Origin: Nitrospirales bacterium | GTDB taxonomy: Bacteria > Nitrospirota > Nitrospiria > Nitrospirales > UBA8639 | Direction of reading: 5' to 3' | Assembly: GCA_965203295.1 (NCBI GenBank) | Contig: CBDBCZ010000019.1 | Location: forward strand, 576,001 to 640,000 | Length of the DNA: 64,000 nt | In this document: piece after piece, positions 39,657 through 51,300 of the stretch | Layout: each line of letters begins with the position of its first letter | Position numbering within the stretch: the first letter of the stretch is position 1 | Made by a program: the position numbers and the translations under genes | The notes under the pieces: generated by a model | Told to the model about the DNA's origin: nothing | Seen by the model: only the letters and a program-made list of their open reading frames with translations | The model's database searches: none

Positions 39657-41699
39657 ATGCGACAAAGTTGGCACGAAACCACGGTAGGCTTTGTTGAACA
39701 CAAAGTAGAGACTCACAGGGCCATTGAGTCTCCAGAAGCGACCATAAACGAAGCGATTCATCGAGGCCAAGAAGAGCTTCTCAGGTTACAACACGAGGAG
39801 GGATATTGGCACTTTGATCTGGAAACCGACTCTGGAATGACTGCCGACTATGTCCTGATGATGCACTATATGGATGAGATTGATGAGGCGCTCCAGAACA
39901 AGATTGCGATGTATATCCGGCAAACCCAGACTGATGATGGAGGATGGTCGATCTATTATGGTGGCCCTTCAAATCTCAGTGCTTCTGTCAAGGCGTATTA
40001 CGCTCTTAAGCTCGCTGGGGATGATCCCGATCTCCCTTACATGAAAAAGGCTCGAAAAGCGATTCTCGCTATGGGTGGCGCGGAGAATTCTAGCGTTTTT
40101 GCGAGGATCTTACTGGCATTATTCCAACAAATTCCCTGGCAAGGGGTTCCTTTTCTTCCCGTTGAAATTATCCTGTTACCGCGGTGGTTTCCATTCCATA
40201 TCCAAAAGGTATCTTATTGGTCACGTACGGTGATGGTTCCCCTCTTTATTTTGTGCAGCGTGAAACCACGTGCGAAGAATCCCCGAGGCATCGGCATTCC
40301 AGAACTGTTTTCGATCGCGCCAGAGCAAATCAGAGCCTGTCCTATCCGCTCGCCCTTAAACCAATTTTTTCTGGTCTTGGATGGGATAGGGCGACGGATG
40401 GAGCGAGTGATTCCTCACTGGATCCGTCAACGAGCTCTCAAGAAAGCCGAATGCTGGATTGTGGAACGCCTGAATGGTACGGGGGGGTTGGGTGCGATTG
40501 TCCCTGCCATGATTGCCACCTATCAGGTTTTGGATTGTCTAAGCTATCCGTCAGAACACCAATATCGAGTTGATGCGAAGAGGGCATTAGAGGGATTGTT
40601 GGTCGTTGGGACTCACACTGCCTTTTGCCAGCCATGCCTTTCGCCGATTTGGGACACCGCGTTGGCTTGCCTCACACTTCAGGAAGTCGATGGCGGTCAT
40701 ACGAGGCCGGAGGTCTTGAAGGCGTTTCATTGGTTAAAGGAAAAGCAACTTCTTGATGATCCGGGAGATTGGCGTGAATATCGTCCTCACCTCAGAGGTG
40801 GGGGTTGGTGTTTTGAATTTCAAAACAGCCATTACCCGGATCTGGATGATACCGCTGCGGTGGCGTTTGGCATGCACCAATCTCAAAAAGAAAGTCTTCA
40901 GGAATCGAGTCAGCGCGCCGCAGAGTGGATTGTGGGAATGCAATCGAAAAACGGCGGGTTTGCTTCATACGATGCGGATAACACGTATTATTATCTCAAT
41001 GAGATCCCATTTGCCGATCATGGAGCCTTGCTTGATCCGCCAACCAGTGATGTCAGTGCCCGGTGTTTGTGGTTATTGAGTGCCATGGACCCGGACGGAA
41101 AACATTATCAGCAAGTTCGAGAATCGTGTCTCAATTTTCTCTTCAAAGAACAAACTCCCGAGGGTGCTTGGTTTGGGCGATGGGGAACAAATTACATTTA
41201 CGGGACTTGGTCCGTGCTTGAGGCTTTGAAAAATGCGGGGATTCCTTCTGATGCTCCCTCTGTGCGTCGTGCCGTTCAGTGGCTGAAGAGTTTACAGCGT
41301 CCCGATGGTGGATGGGGGGAAGACAATGACACGTATGATGACGAGGCGCGGAAAGGGCAAGGGTATGCCAGTAGCTTCTTTTCAACCGCTTGGGCGCTTC
41401 TCGGCCTTATGGCCACAGGAGAGCTCCATTGTCCTGAAATACGGAAGGGCATCGACTACCTGACCCGCACACAGAAGACTAATGGACTATGGAACAACAA
41501 TGAGTATTCGGCCCCTGGGTTTCCTCGCGTCCTGTATTTGAAATATCATGGTTACGATAAATACTTTCCTTTGTGGGCACTCGCACGGTACCGCAACCTT
41601 TGTGCTTCAGCCACCTCTGTGCTTCAGCCACCTCAAGACGTATACTCAATGGAGTCGTTTCCCCATCCGGTAAAACGAACAACGGGGCAACCCTGTTGA
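39657..41699 (+). CDS. shc: Squalene-hopene cyclase
   Basis: YPDLDDTA catalytic motif; QW repeats (QTDDGGW, QSKNGG, QRPDGGW); WFGRWGTNYIYGT; GFPRVLYLKYHGY. Confidence 0.96.
   Translation: MRQSWHETTVGFVEHKVETHRAIESPEATINEAIHRGQEELLRLQHEEGYWHFDLETDSGMTADYVLMMHYMDEIDEALQNKIAMYIRQTQTDDGGWSIYYGGPSNLSASVKAYYALKLAGDDPDLPYMKKARKAILAMGGAENSSVFARILLALFQQIPWQGVPFLPVEIILLPRWFPFHIQKVSYWSRTVMVPLFILCSVKPRAKNPRGIGIPELFSIAPEQIRACPIRSPLNQFFLVLDGIGRRMERVIPHWIRQRALKKAECWIVERLNGTGGLGAIVPAMIATYQVLDCLSYPSEHQYRVDAKRALEGLLVVGTHTAFCQPCLSPIWDTALACLTLQEVDGGHTRPEVLKAFHWLKEKQLLDDPGDWREYRPHLRGGGWCFEFQNSHYPDLDDTAAVAFGMHQSQKESLQESSQRAAEWIVGMQSKNGGFASYDADNTYYYLNEIPFADHGALLDPPTSDVSARCLWLLSAMDPDGKHYQQVRESCLNFLFKEQTPEGAWFGRWGTNYIYGTWSVLEALKNAGIPSDAPSVRRAVQWLKSLQRPDGGWGEDNDTYDDEARKGQGYASSFFSTAWALLGLMATGELHCPEIRKGIDYLTRTQKTNGLWNNNEYSAPGFPRVLYLKYHGYDKYFPLWALARYRNLCASATSVLQPPQDVYSMESFPHPVKRTTGQPC
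41601..41634. repeat. 17-bp tandem duplication in the shc 3' end
   Basis: tgtgcttcagccacctc x2. Confidence 0.9.
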
Positions 41700-41746
41700 C
41701 GCCATAGGTCTCCTTCCTGTTAGCCCGCCAAGGGCAAGATACGCAT

Positions 41747-44419
41747 GTGATTCTCATAGTTCATCTACCTGCCGGACATGTGCGCCGGGCGTTGGATTGG
41801 TTGTCAAGGTATTCAATCAGAAAAGCCTGGTGGGTCCTATGCTTGGCAGCACTGGTGACCATTATTTCCGCTACGTATTCCGTTAAAAATCTTGGTATCA
41901 ATACCGACATGACGGATATGCTTTCACCGGACTTGCCATTCCGTCAGTTTCAAGAAGAGTATCAACAGAAGTTCCCGCAGTATCCTCACTCACTTATTCT
42001 GGTTATTGAGGCCGATACCCCGGAGATGGCTCATGCGGCAGTCACCACGTTGCGAACACGTTTCAAAAACGCGCACAACTCGATCAAATCGGTCTATGCT
42101 CCGCATGGAGACCCCTTTTTTGAAAAACATTCGCTTCTGTACCTTGATTTTGCTGACCTGAAAGAACTCGCCGAGACTCTAGCCGAATCCAAACCCTTCA
42201 TCGACGAGCTATTACAGGATCCTAGTCTTCATGGGCTGTTTACCATGCTGGGCGAGAGCTACAACAAAACGGATTGGAAGAAGAATTCCCTACTCGATTC
42301 CTTTTTTGTCAGAATCGCGGAGGTCATTCAAGCCAATCTCGCTGGCATTGATTACAGGTTGTCGTGGCATTCAACTATATTGGATCGAGACATGAGTTCG
42401 GCTCACACCGTTCGGTTTCTGGTGGTTCAACCTCACCTCGATTTTCATCAGTTACTGCCAGCTGGGCCTGCGCTCCAGATTATCCGTCGTATTATTGCAG
42501 ATTCACATCTCACGAATGTTCCTGGAGTCCGAGTACGAATAACTGGTGAGGGTGCCCTAGCCCATGAAGAGCTGCTCCTGGTCAGTCAGCGGGCCGGGAT
42601 TGCTGCCGTTCTCGCTTTGGTCATGATTTGCCTTACTCTGCTTGTCGGGCTTCAATCGTTACGACTGATGATCGCCGCATTGGTCATGCTTCTGGTGGGG
42701 TTGGCGTTGAATGCAGGATTTGCCACAGCGGCTATTGGGCATCTCAACATCATTTCTGTGGCTTTCGCTGTATTATTTATCGGTCTCGGAGTTGACTATG
42801 CGATCCATCTTTGTTTGCGGTATCGGGAACTCCTTGGATTAGGGGAATCAAGTGGGCAGGCCCTGCGCCAGAGCATTCGAGATGTTGGCCCTTCCCTGAT
42901 CTTATGTGCAACCACGACATCCATTGCCTTTTATGCTTTTGCTCCCACACATTACGCTGGAATGTCGGAGTTAGGCCTCATATCAGGCACAAGCCTGTTC
43001 ATCGGGTTAATCGTGAGCTTAACAGTCCTTCCAGCCATATTGACGGTATTGCCCCCACATTCTGGAAACAGTCGGTTCAGACAAAGGCCCAGTCGTTTTC
43101 TGACTCCTCTCTACACATTGCCGATTCGTCATGGGAGGGCTATCCGTTGGGGAACCCTCTTGCTCCTCTTCCTATCCCTTTCCCTCCTCGCGAGGGCCAC
43201 GTTCGATCATAATCCCCACAACTTACGAGATCCCGATAGCGAGTCGGTTTCAACATTCAGGTATCTTCTGGATAAAGGGGAAAAGGCTCCGTGGGCGTTA
43301 ACCGTTTTGGCTTCTGATGAAGTTATAGGGAGAGACTACACTTCACGCCTCAGCGAATTGGAAACCGTCGAAAAGGTTTTCACCCTTCAGGATTTCCTCC
43401 CGACCCGACAGGTTGGGAAGTTTTTGTTCCTTCAAGAGATCGCTGGCAATTTTCAAACACCACCAACACAACCCAGACCCCAGCCTACCTCATCAGTCGA
43501 CCGACAGACCTCGGCCATCCAATCATTCCTAAACACATTAGATGTATATATCACGAACAGAAACGGGGAAGACGAACAGGATCCGGCAGTTCTCCTGAGA
43601 GAACGCATCCGGGAATTTCTGAAGCACTTAAACCATTTGGATGGTGAGCCCAAACGTGCACTCCTCGATCGAGTGGAACAGAGCCTTCTCGGCTCTATTC
43701 CACCTGACCCTACGAATGTCCCCATTACTGACCGAATCGGCCCCGTGGCACTTGAGGATTTACCCCGCGAGGTCTCCGAGCAATGGGTCAGCAACGACGG
43801 CACGTATCGCATTCAAGTCGTCCCCAAAGAAGATCTGAGCGATAACGGAGCGTTGCAAAGTTTTGTTAATGAGGTTCGAAATGTCGTTCCTCAAGCGACA
43901 GGGTTGCCTGTGGTCTATCTCGAAGGAGGTCACGAGGTCGTTCGCGCATTTCAACAGGCCTTCTCTTTGGCCATTTTGGGGATCTTTGCCGTACTGGTGA
44001 TGATGTTGAGAAACATCAGGGACACGCTTTTGGTGATTCTTCCCCTATGCCTTGGCGGAATTCTGACAGGAGCCACTACAGTCGCACTGAATATACCGTT
44101 CAATTATGCCAACATTATTGCTCTTCCGTTGATCTTCGGGCTGGGTGCAGACAACGGTATCCATATTGTCGATCGGATGCGCCGAATGCCAGCCCGCTGT
44201 GAGCACTTCCTCCGGTCAAGTACCATGCGGGGCGTATTTTTTAGCGGGCTGACCACCATTCTGAGTTTTAGCAACCTTGCCTACACTCCCCACGTGGGAA
44301 TTGCGAGTATGGGCCAACTATTAGTCATAGGAGTGTTCTTTACATTAGTCTCTTCGGTCGTTGTGTTGCCGGCCTTTCTGTATGCAGATCGGCGCTTACG
44401 ATTCGACGATCACTCCTAA
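41747..44419 (+). CDS. hpnN: MMPL/RND hopanoid transporter, HpnN-like
   Basis: INTD..DMLS.DLPFR, VLFIGLGVDYAIH, NYANIIALPLIFGLG.DNGIH; adjacent to shc. Confidence 0.88.
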   Translation: MILIVHLPAGHVRRALDWLSRYSIRKAWWVLCLAALVTIISATYSVKNLGINTDMTDMLSPDLPFRQFQEEYQQKFPQYPHSLILVIEADTPEMAHAAVTTLRTRFKNAHNSIKSVYAPHGDPFFEKHSLLYLDFADLKELAETLAESKPFIDELLQDPSLHGLFTMLGESYNKTDWKKNSLLDSFFVRIAEVIQANLAGIDYRLSWHSTILDRDMSSAHTVRFLVVQPHLDFHQLLPAGPALQIIRRIIADSHLTNVPGVRVRITGEGALAHEELLLVSQRAGIAAVLALVMICLTLLVGLQSLRLMIAALVMLLVGLALNAGFATAAIGHLNIISVAFAVLFIGLGVDYAIHLCLRYRELLGLGESSGQALRQSIRDVGPSLILCATTTSIAFYAFAPTHYAGMSELGLISGTSLFIGLIVSLTVLPAILTVLPPHSGNSRFRQRPSRFLTPLYTLPIRHGRAIRWGTLLLLFLSLSLLARATFDHNPHNLRDPDSESVSTFRYLLDKGEKAPWALTVLASDEVIGRDYTSRLSELETVEKVFTLQDFLPTRQVGKFLFLQEIAGNFQTPPTQPRPQPTSSVDRQTSAIQSFLNTLDVYITNRNGEDEQDPAVLLRERIREFLKHLNHLDGEPKRALLDRVEQSLLGSIPPDPTNVPITDRIGPVALEDLPREVSEQWVSNDGTYRIQVVPKEDLSDNGALQSFVNEVRNVVPQATGLPVVYLEGGHEVVRAFQQAFSLAILGIFAVLVMMLRNIRDTLLVILPLCLGGILTGATTVALNIPFNYANIIALPLIFGLGADNGIHIVDRMRRMPARCEHFLRSSTMRGVFFSGLTTILSFSNLAYTPHVGIASMGQLLVIGVFFTLVSSVVVLPAFLYADRRLRFDDHS

Positions 44420-44722
44420 TTCTTTCCCTCTTTTCCCTTGGTGTCCTGACTGAGGAAGCGACATCCCGATCACATGAATCAGATGACTCTCGGTACGAGG
44501 GCGGCCATGTGGCTTAGCCCTTAATTTCTGAACGTTTTTTTTGTCTCTGCGTCTTGGAGAGTGCGAGATGCTATGGGAATGGGATCGGGCTGACTCTTAA
44601 TCAGCGGGACGTTAACGGAACATCCCCGGTGGGATAATCATGGCTGGGTTAGAGATGATGGCTATTGGAGTTCTTAATCGAATCAAAGATCGTCTGGGCT
44701 AAACGAGGGAAAGCTATACGCG

Positions 44723-45820
44723 CTAGCACCAGGAACCTGGCTGGCAAATCTTCTCCGGGGCTGTAGAGGGGACCTGCTCCGACACGTGGACGGGATGGGC
44801 GAGATCGGATTCACACCACGTACCGAGTCGGTATTCTTTGATGGATTGGTCAATATGGGCAATACCAGACATTTGGGTAAAAGCAGGTGTGGTTCCGTTG
44901 AGAGATGGGGTTGTTTCCTTTTTTGCCAGGAGGGCATAACTCCCATTAGAAGAAGGATGAGAACCGTTAGAGGAAGGGCGAAAGCCATTAGAGGAGGGGT
45001 AAGAACCATTAGAAGACGGGTAAGAGCCGTTCAGTTTTCCCTCTCCATTCAGGCTTTGCTGAAAAGACTTCTGGGCTACAACTAAAGCGGGATTATCCTT
45101 TTGAATTTTAGCCAACAACTGTTCACCTTCTTTTCGTAATTCGTGACGGGGGTGTTCCTTCATAAAAGCTAGGAGCCAATCTTGCGACCATTCAGGCACT
45201 CCCAGCTTCTCAAAGGTTTGAGCCAACCGCAGTTGCGCGTCGCCAGCCTTTTCGAGGCAGGGATAGGTTTTGGCTACCATTTCAAAACGATGAGCAGCCG
45301 CCAAATAAGCTTCTTTTCGAAAATAAAATTGACCGACAAAGATGTTGTGTTGGGCTAACAGGTCTTGGCATTCAAGAATCTTTTCTTCGGCCTCTTTTCG
45401 GTGTCGATTTTCGGGAAACTCCTTCAGTAATACTTCGAAGCTGGCTATGGCTTTTTGAATAGGTTCAGGGTCTCGATCAATGGTCTTAATCATTTTGAAA
45501 TGGCTCATGGCCAGCTTATATTGGGCATAGGGTGCTAAGACATGGCTTCGATGAAGATACAAAAAATGATTATATTCCACCATCGCTTCAGCATAGGATT
45601 CTTTTTCGTGAAATGCCTCTGCTCGTTTCATAATGACGTTGGGGTCATAGGTCATTTCCAGAGAGTCTCCCACGAAGATTTGTTCGTCTGTTCCACTAAA
45701 GACTCTCTCCTCTGGGGAGGCGATATCAGGCGTACTGGAACAGCCGACGACCCAAAGAATGACCAAAGGAATCCCCCAAATGAAACTTACGAAGGTCAAT
45801 GGCATTTTTCGTCTAGACAA
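44723..45820 (-). CDS. bamD: Outer membrane protein assembly factor BamD with a repetitive C-terminal extension
   Basis: Lipobox VVGC; TPRs; IDRDPE; VGQFYF..AYLAA..RF. Confidence 0.88.
   Translation of the reverse strand: MSRRKMPLTFVSFIWGIPLVILWVVGCSSTPDIASPEERVFSGTDEQIFVGDSLEMTYDPNVIMKRAEAFHEKESYAEAMVEYNHFLYLHRSHVLAPYAQYKLAMSHFKMIKTIDRDPEPIQKAIASFEVLLKEFPENRHRKEAEEKILECQDLLAQHNIFVGQFYFRKEAYLAAAHRFEMVAKTYPCLEKAGDAQLRLAQTFEKLGVPEWSQDWLLAFMKEHPRHELRKEGEQLLAKIQKDNPALVVAQKSFQQSLNGEGKLNGSYPSSNGSYPSSNGFRPSSNGSHPSSNGSYALLAKKETTPSLNGTTPAFTQMSGIAHIDQSIKEYRLGTWCESDLAHPVHVSEQVPSTAPEKICQPGSWC
44937..45032. repeat. 21-bp coding tandem repeat (SSNGSYP-like, about 5 units) in bamD
   Basis: LNGSYP-SSNGSYP-SSNGFRP-SSNGSHP-SSNGSYA. 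Confidence 0.85.
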
Positions 45821-46023
45821 CTCGTGGGACCTCCTGCTACAAGACTAAGGTGTTTAACCTAAAAAAATATATCAAACAAAATGGTTTCCAGCAAGCTTTA
45901 ACTGGGTTTGGCCCCTCCGCGAATTCTTGGCCAGAGTTGGCGGAGTCACATTACCAGACTCTTTTTCATCGCGGATGCAGCAACGAAGGGTGACTTTTTG
46001 TCATTCCTTCAAGATTTAAGATA

Positions 46024-47025
46024 ATGGCAACAACGTTTTCTACACGAATCGTCGGAACAGGGTCGTATTTGCCTAGCCCGGTCATTGAAAATACCGAGGC
46101 TGGCCGGGTTCGTGGAATGGATGACAAAGAGGTCCACCGTGTGACAGGCATCCGCACTCGTCGGTGGGCTATGTCAGATGAAGAGTGTTCAGGGTTGGCT
46201 GATGAGGCTGCTCGTCGAGCGTTGGACTCGGCTGGGGTCGCAAGTGGGGAAATTGAAGCTATTCTCGTTTCTACGACCTCTCCAGATACGATCTTTCCGT
46301 CCACAGCTTGCCACCTCCAACGTCGATTGGGCATACGAGGAATCCCTGCCTTTGATGTGGCCGCTTCTTGTACTGGCTTTCTTTATGGCTTATCTCTTGC
46401 TGATTCCTTTATCCGTTCTGGACAATTTTCCTGTTGTTTGGTCGTTGCCTCAGAGGTGAAGTCTCGGTCCCTTGATACGACAGACGGTGAAAGTCGAATT
46501 CTTTTTGGGGATGGGGCGGGGGCTGCCGTAGTGGTCAGGGAACCCTTCTGTCAAGATTCGCCTACAGGGATTCTTGCCCTTCGTGTCTATTCGGACGGTG
46601 CCTATCATGATTTGGTCAAAGTGCCAGCTGGTGGATCCCGACATCCTACCACTCAGGAAACCGTTCAGAAACAACTGCATGGGATTCAACTGGATGGCGG
46701 GGTGTTGTTTCGGACAGCAGTCAAGTGGCTTTGTTTAGCCGTCGGTCAACTTCTCGATGAGTTTCATCTGCAAACTGCCGATGTGAAGCAGTTCATTATG
46801 CATCAGGCCAATGCTCGAATGTTGACGGCTATTGCAAAACGGTTACACGTGTCTGAAGAAATCCTTTTTTCCATGGTAGAAGATTTCGGAAACACTTCGT
46901 CGGCTTCCCTGCCCATTGCCTTGGATCATGCCTTTCGGCAGAGGAAATTTTGTACTGATGATCTGATTCTCCTTGGGGCTTTCGGTGGAGGGCTTACCTG
47001 GGGAACGGCACTGGTTCGGTGGTAG
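46024..47025 (+). CDS. fabH: 3-oxoacyl-ACP synthase III
   Basis: TGIRTRR, AASCTGF, LFGDGAGA, HQANAR, GNTSSAS, FGGGLTWG. Confidence 0.95.
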   Translation: MATTFSTRIVGTGSYLPSPVIENTEAGRVRGMDDKEVHRVTGIRTRRWAMSDEECSGLADEAARRALDSAGVASGEIEAILVSTTSPDTIFPSTACHLQRRLGIRGIPAFDVAASCTGFLYGLSLADSFIRSGQFSCCLVVASEVKSRSLDTTDGESRILFGDGAGAAVVVREPFCQDSPTGILALRVYSDGAYHDLVKVPAGGSRHPTTQETVQKQLHGIQLDGGVLFRTAVKWLCLAVGQLLDEFHLQTADVKQFIMHQANARMLTAIAKRLHVSEEILFSMVEDFGNTSSASLPIALDHAFRQRKFCTDDLILLGAFGGGLTWGTALVRW

Positions 47026-47205
47026 CATCCTCTCCTTCTTGATCATTTAGAATCATGCGATCCCTGTTGACGAAAGAAGGGGCCATGGCATATGGTCACA
47101 ACGTGTGACAAGCAGACTGCTCAAAGGGGCTGTCTTTGAAAAAGGGCATTCAACACCGGTTAGGTTTTATTTAGATAGAGATATATAGAGAGAGAGGAGG
47201 AAGCG

Positions 47206-48141
47206 GTGAAAATTTACCTTGCGAGCCCCAGAGGATTTTGCGCTGGTGTTGATCGAGCCATTGAAATTGTCGAACTCTCTCTGAAAACATACGGAGCCCC
47301 AATTTATGTCCGTCATGAAATTGTCCACAGTCGGCATGTCGTGAACTCTTTACTTGAACGAGGAGCTGTCTTTGTCGAAGAATTGGATGAAGTGCCTGAT
47401 GGGTCCATCGTGATCTTTAGTGCCCATGGAGTGGCGAAGTCGGTCTGGGAGGAATCTCGACGGCGGAACCTGAAGGTCATCGATGCCACCTGCCCATTGG
47501 TGATTAAAGTCCATAATGAGGTCAATCGAGATTACACGAAGGAGTATGAGCTGATATTGATCGGGCACGCTGGGCATCCTGAGGTTGTTGGGACGTTGGG
47601 TCAAGTCCCGGATAAATTTCACTTGGTGTCTTCTGTGGAGGATGTGGAAGGGTTGGAAGTTGAAAATCTTCACCATCTTTCCTATGTGACCCAAACGACC
47701 TTAAGCGTTGATGAATGCAGGGAAATTGTTGAAGCCTTGAATCGACGATTCCCAGGGATTAAAGGTCCACATCAGGAGGACATTTGTTACGCAACCCAAA
47801 ATCGACAGAATGCCGTAAAGGAACTAGCCAGATTTGTTGATGTCATATTGGTCATCGGATCTCCCAATAGTTCAAATTCTAACCGTCTTCGTGAGCTTGC
47901 CGAACGTTTTGAAATTCCCTCCTATTTGATCGATTCCTATCGTGATATCCAGAGGGAATGGCTCGAAAACGTCAAAGCGATCGGAATTGCCGCAGGGGCT
48001 TCAGCCCCAGAAGTGTTAGTCACGGAAGTGGTCGCCTACCTTCGAGATTTTGGTGCGGAGGAGGTAGAAGAATTGTCTGTTATTGAAGAAGATGTGGAGT
48101 TTCTCCTTCCCAAGGAATTGCTCATGCCACAAAAAGGCTAG
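47206..48141 (+). CDS. ispH: 4-hydroxy-3-methylbut-2-enyl diphosphate reductase
   Basis: [42 protein letters not shown]. Confidence 0.97.
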   Translation: MKIYLASPRGFCAGVDRAIEIVELSLKTYGAPIYVRHEIVHSRHVVNSLLERGAVFVEELDEVPDGSIVIFSAHGVAKSVWEESRRRNLKVIDATCPLVIKVHNEVNRDYTKEYELILIGHAGHPEVVGTLGQVPDKFHLVSSVEDVEGLEVENLHHLSYVTQTTLSVDECREIVEALNRRFPGIKGPHQEDICYATQNRQNAVKELARFVDVILVIGSPNSSNSNRLRELAERFEIPSYLIDSYRDIQREWLENVKAIGIAAGASAPEVLVTEVVAYLRDFGAEEVEELSVIEEDVEFLLPKELLMPQKG

Positions 48142-48355
48142 AGCCGAGGTGCTATCTGGCGAGTGAGGCATTCCTTGAGTCTTGCCAGTCACTCTCTTCA
48201 GTCCACAACATTTAGATCTTCCAGTTTCCTTATCCCACAATACTTAGTATTATAGTTTTGATTTTTTTTGAAGGCTGTGGTAGATCAACGTCTCGGCGGG
48301 CTTCCCCATGAGAAGTTGATTTATTTCTCGAAGGAACGCAAGAAAGGATTTTTGC

Positions 48356-51300
48356 ATGCAACTTCAATCCATGATTGTCACCGGATTCAAGTCTTTTCCT
48401 CAGGCCAAGCTGGAATTTCCCAGAGGAATCACAGCTTTTGTGGGGCCCAATGGTGCTGGGAAAAGTAATGTCGTTGATGCCATCTTGTGGGTCTTGGGGG
48501 AGCAAAGCACCAAAGCGTTAAGAAGTGAGAAAATGGAGGATGTGATTTTCAATGGGACGGAAACACGGAAAGCATTAAGCATGGCCGAGGTTTCCCTGGT
48601 GTTAACAGAGGTCAACGGCAAGGAATTGGAGGCTCTCGCCCCCGTTCTTGATGAGCTTCCCGGAACGAAGGAGCTCATGGTAACCCGGCGCTTGTTCCGT
48701 GATGGAGAGAGTGAATATTTTATCAACAAAATCCCCTGTCGTCTCAAAGATATTCGAGGATTGTTTTTGGAAGCACGGGCTGGAACGAGGGGTCATACGG
48801 TCATTGAACAGGGAAATATCGACCAAATATTGAACGCATCACCACACGAGCGACGTGGATTTATTGAAGAGACGGCAGGGATCGGACGGTATAAAAAACA
48901 GAAATCTGAGGCTGTACGAAAACTTCAATCGACTGAACAAAATTTACTGAGGGTTCGGGATATCATTGCCGAAGTCAAAGGACAGTTGCGTGGACTTGAA
49001 CGACAAGCCCGGCAGGCCGAGGAATATCAGCGTCTTCGTGAAGAGTCCCGAACTCTGGAGATCCAATTGCTCAAGGTCGATTATGGGGAACTCCAAAAGA
49101 AACGAGGTGAAATCGATGAGGCGTTGGCGGAATGTGAAATGCGAGAATCTCGCCAGATGGCAGAAGAAGCACGGGTTATGGCCGGTCACGAACACACGAA
49201 GGAAGCCGTGCTCCGGGACGGTGATTCGGCCAGTCAAAGGCAGGGAGACCTCAGAGCAGTCGAACAGGAAATGGGCCAGGCTCTGACGACTCTCGAAGTT
49301 CAGCGCAATCAATTACTCATGTATGGAGAGCAACTGGCTCAAGTGAAAGAGGGGACGACTCAATTACTAGAAGCCTCTCAACAGGCCCAGAATGCTTCAG
49401 CTGAGCTGCAAGATAAAATTGTTCAAGCTGAATATGATATAGAGGATCAGTCCACGCTTCTCGAGGAAATCGAAGAGAAAGGACGGGAGTTATTCACATC
49501 TCGGGCGACAACACAACAGCATTTGGAGGCCTCACGTCAGCGAAATATAGAAATAGCCATTGAATGCACCAATGCAGAGAATCAGAAGAGAAGTTTAAAG
49601 GAACAGCGATTATCGCTTACTCAAAGAAGTGAGCAATTACAAGAAGAAGATCGTGAATTTCAAGGACAACTTGACCACCTTCTGCTCGAGTTGCGAGATC
49701 AGCAAAACCAACAGCAGGAGCTCACCCATTCTCTCAATGAAACCCGTGACCTTCAGGAGAAGGAGCAGGAAGCCATCCAATCCTTGGAATATGAATTACA
49801 CGGCGTCGAGACGAAACTTGTCTCCTATCAATCTGATCATGCTGCAGCAGAATCGAGACTTGAGGCTTTGCAAGCGGTCTTGTTGGAAGAGTTTGGGTAT
49901 GCGCGAGAAGGGGAGCCAGAAAGCCCGACCATTCGGCGGGACTGTCAGGGTGTGTTAGAGGCCATCGCGGAACGGCTCGAGGTGCCACAAGAGTTCGAGC
50001 AAGCGATTGAAGCGATATTAGGGGAGAAAGTTCGAGCTTGGGTTGTGCAAGACATTGAGAGTGCCAAAGAGGCAATATCGTTTTCTAAAGCCAGCAATCT
50101 GGGTCGGGCAACGTTTGTCCCTGTTCATCCGTATCGTCTTGGGGGAGAAGAGGATGTCAATAGCCAGGAACCTTTGTGGTGGGCGGATCTTAAACATCAT
50201 GACGGAATAGTAGGGCGAGCCCTGGATGTCATTCAAGTCCCCGAAGACCTCCGATCTGCTTGGTCATGCTTTTTGGACCGAGTGGTCATTGTTCGAACCA
50301 TGGGGGTGGCACTTGAGTTGATTGCGCAAAAGCCATGGCCGGAATCGAAAGCTCCTCTTTTCGTGTCGCTTGACGGGGAAGTGATCAACGTGTTCGGAGT
50401 GATTTCCGGTGGGTCTTCGGGGAACTCTATGGGAATGCTTCGGCGGCGTCGGGAGATTCGAAAGCTGGAACTTCAGCTAGAATCTCTGTCCAGGATATTG
50501 GGAGAGAATTATCAAAAACGGCAAAGTCTTGGAATAGGATGTGAGGCTGCCAAGAGTCGCGCTTTTGCCTTTGATGAGATCATCAAAGAATCTGAATTGC
50601 GGTCGGTCCTGATTGAAAAAGAAATATTGAGCCTCAACCAGAAAATTGAAAACCTGGAGAGCAAAATTCAAACTGTCCATCATGATCAATCCTTAGCTCA
50701 AGAAGACCTGGTTCGTACCCAGAGGGAAATAGATTCGGCTCAGAGTCGTCTATCAGAATTAGACCGTGAAAAATCTCAATGCGAACGAGAGCTTCAGGAA
50801 TTGAATCAGGTTTTTGAAGAGATGGAAAGACAATCTGCTGAGGTACAGAATCGAATCACGGATGCCCGGTTGACACTGGCGACGCTTCGGGAACGTCTTG
50901 ATCGACATCAAGGTGATGTGTCGAGACTTCAGCAGGAAGAGTCAGATCGGCAATCCCAGCTTCAAGAGCTCGATCAAAAAATGAATACGTTGATTGATCA
51001 AAGTCGTCAAAGCCAGCTTGAACAGGATCAATTAGAACAGATATTGCGCGAGTTAGAGGTCAAAAAGGATGCGATCCAATCCGAGTTCGTGTTAGTAGAA
51101 GAGCGGCATGCTGAAGGTCTCATGAAAACGAAGGAATTGGAACAGGAACTGGCTTCAATTCGAAAGAGTTTTTCAGAAACCCGGGGAGAGCGCAGTACGG
51201 CTGAAGTTCGATTAGCTGAGGTTCGAACTCGCGTGGAAACGCTCGAAGAAACTCTCCGAGGAACCTATGAATTGATGCCTGAAGAAGTCTTTGCCGAGAA

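Noticed and set aside
44440..44720. Possible ncRNA or riboswitch between hpnN and bamD
   Set aside because: I could not recognise a motif or a convincing stem pattern; an Rfam search would be needed.
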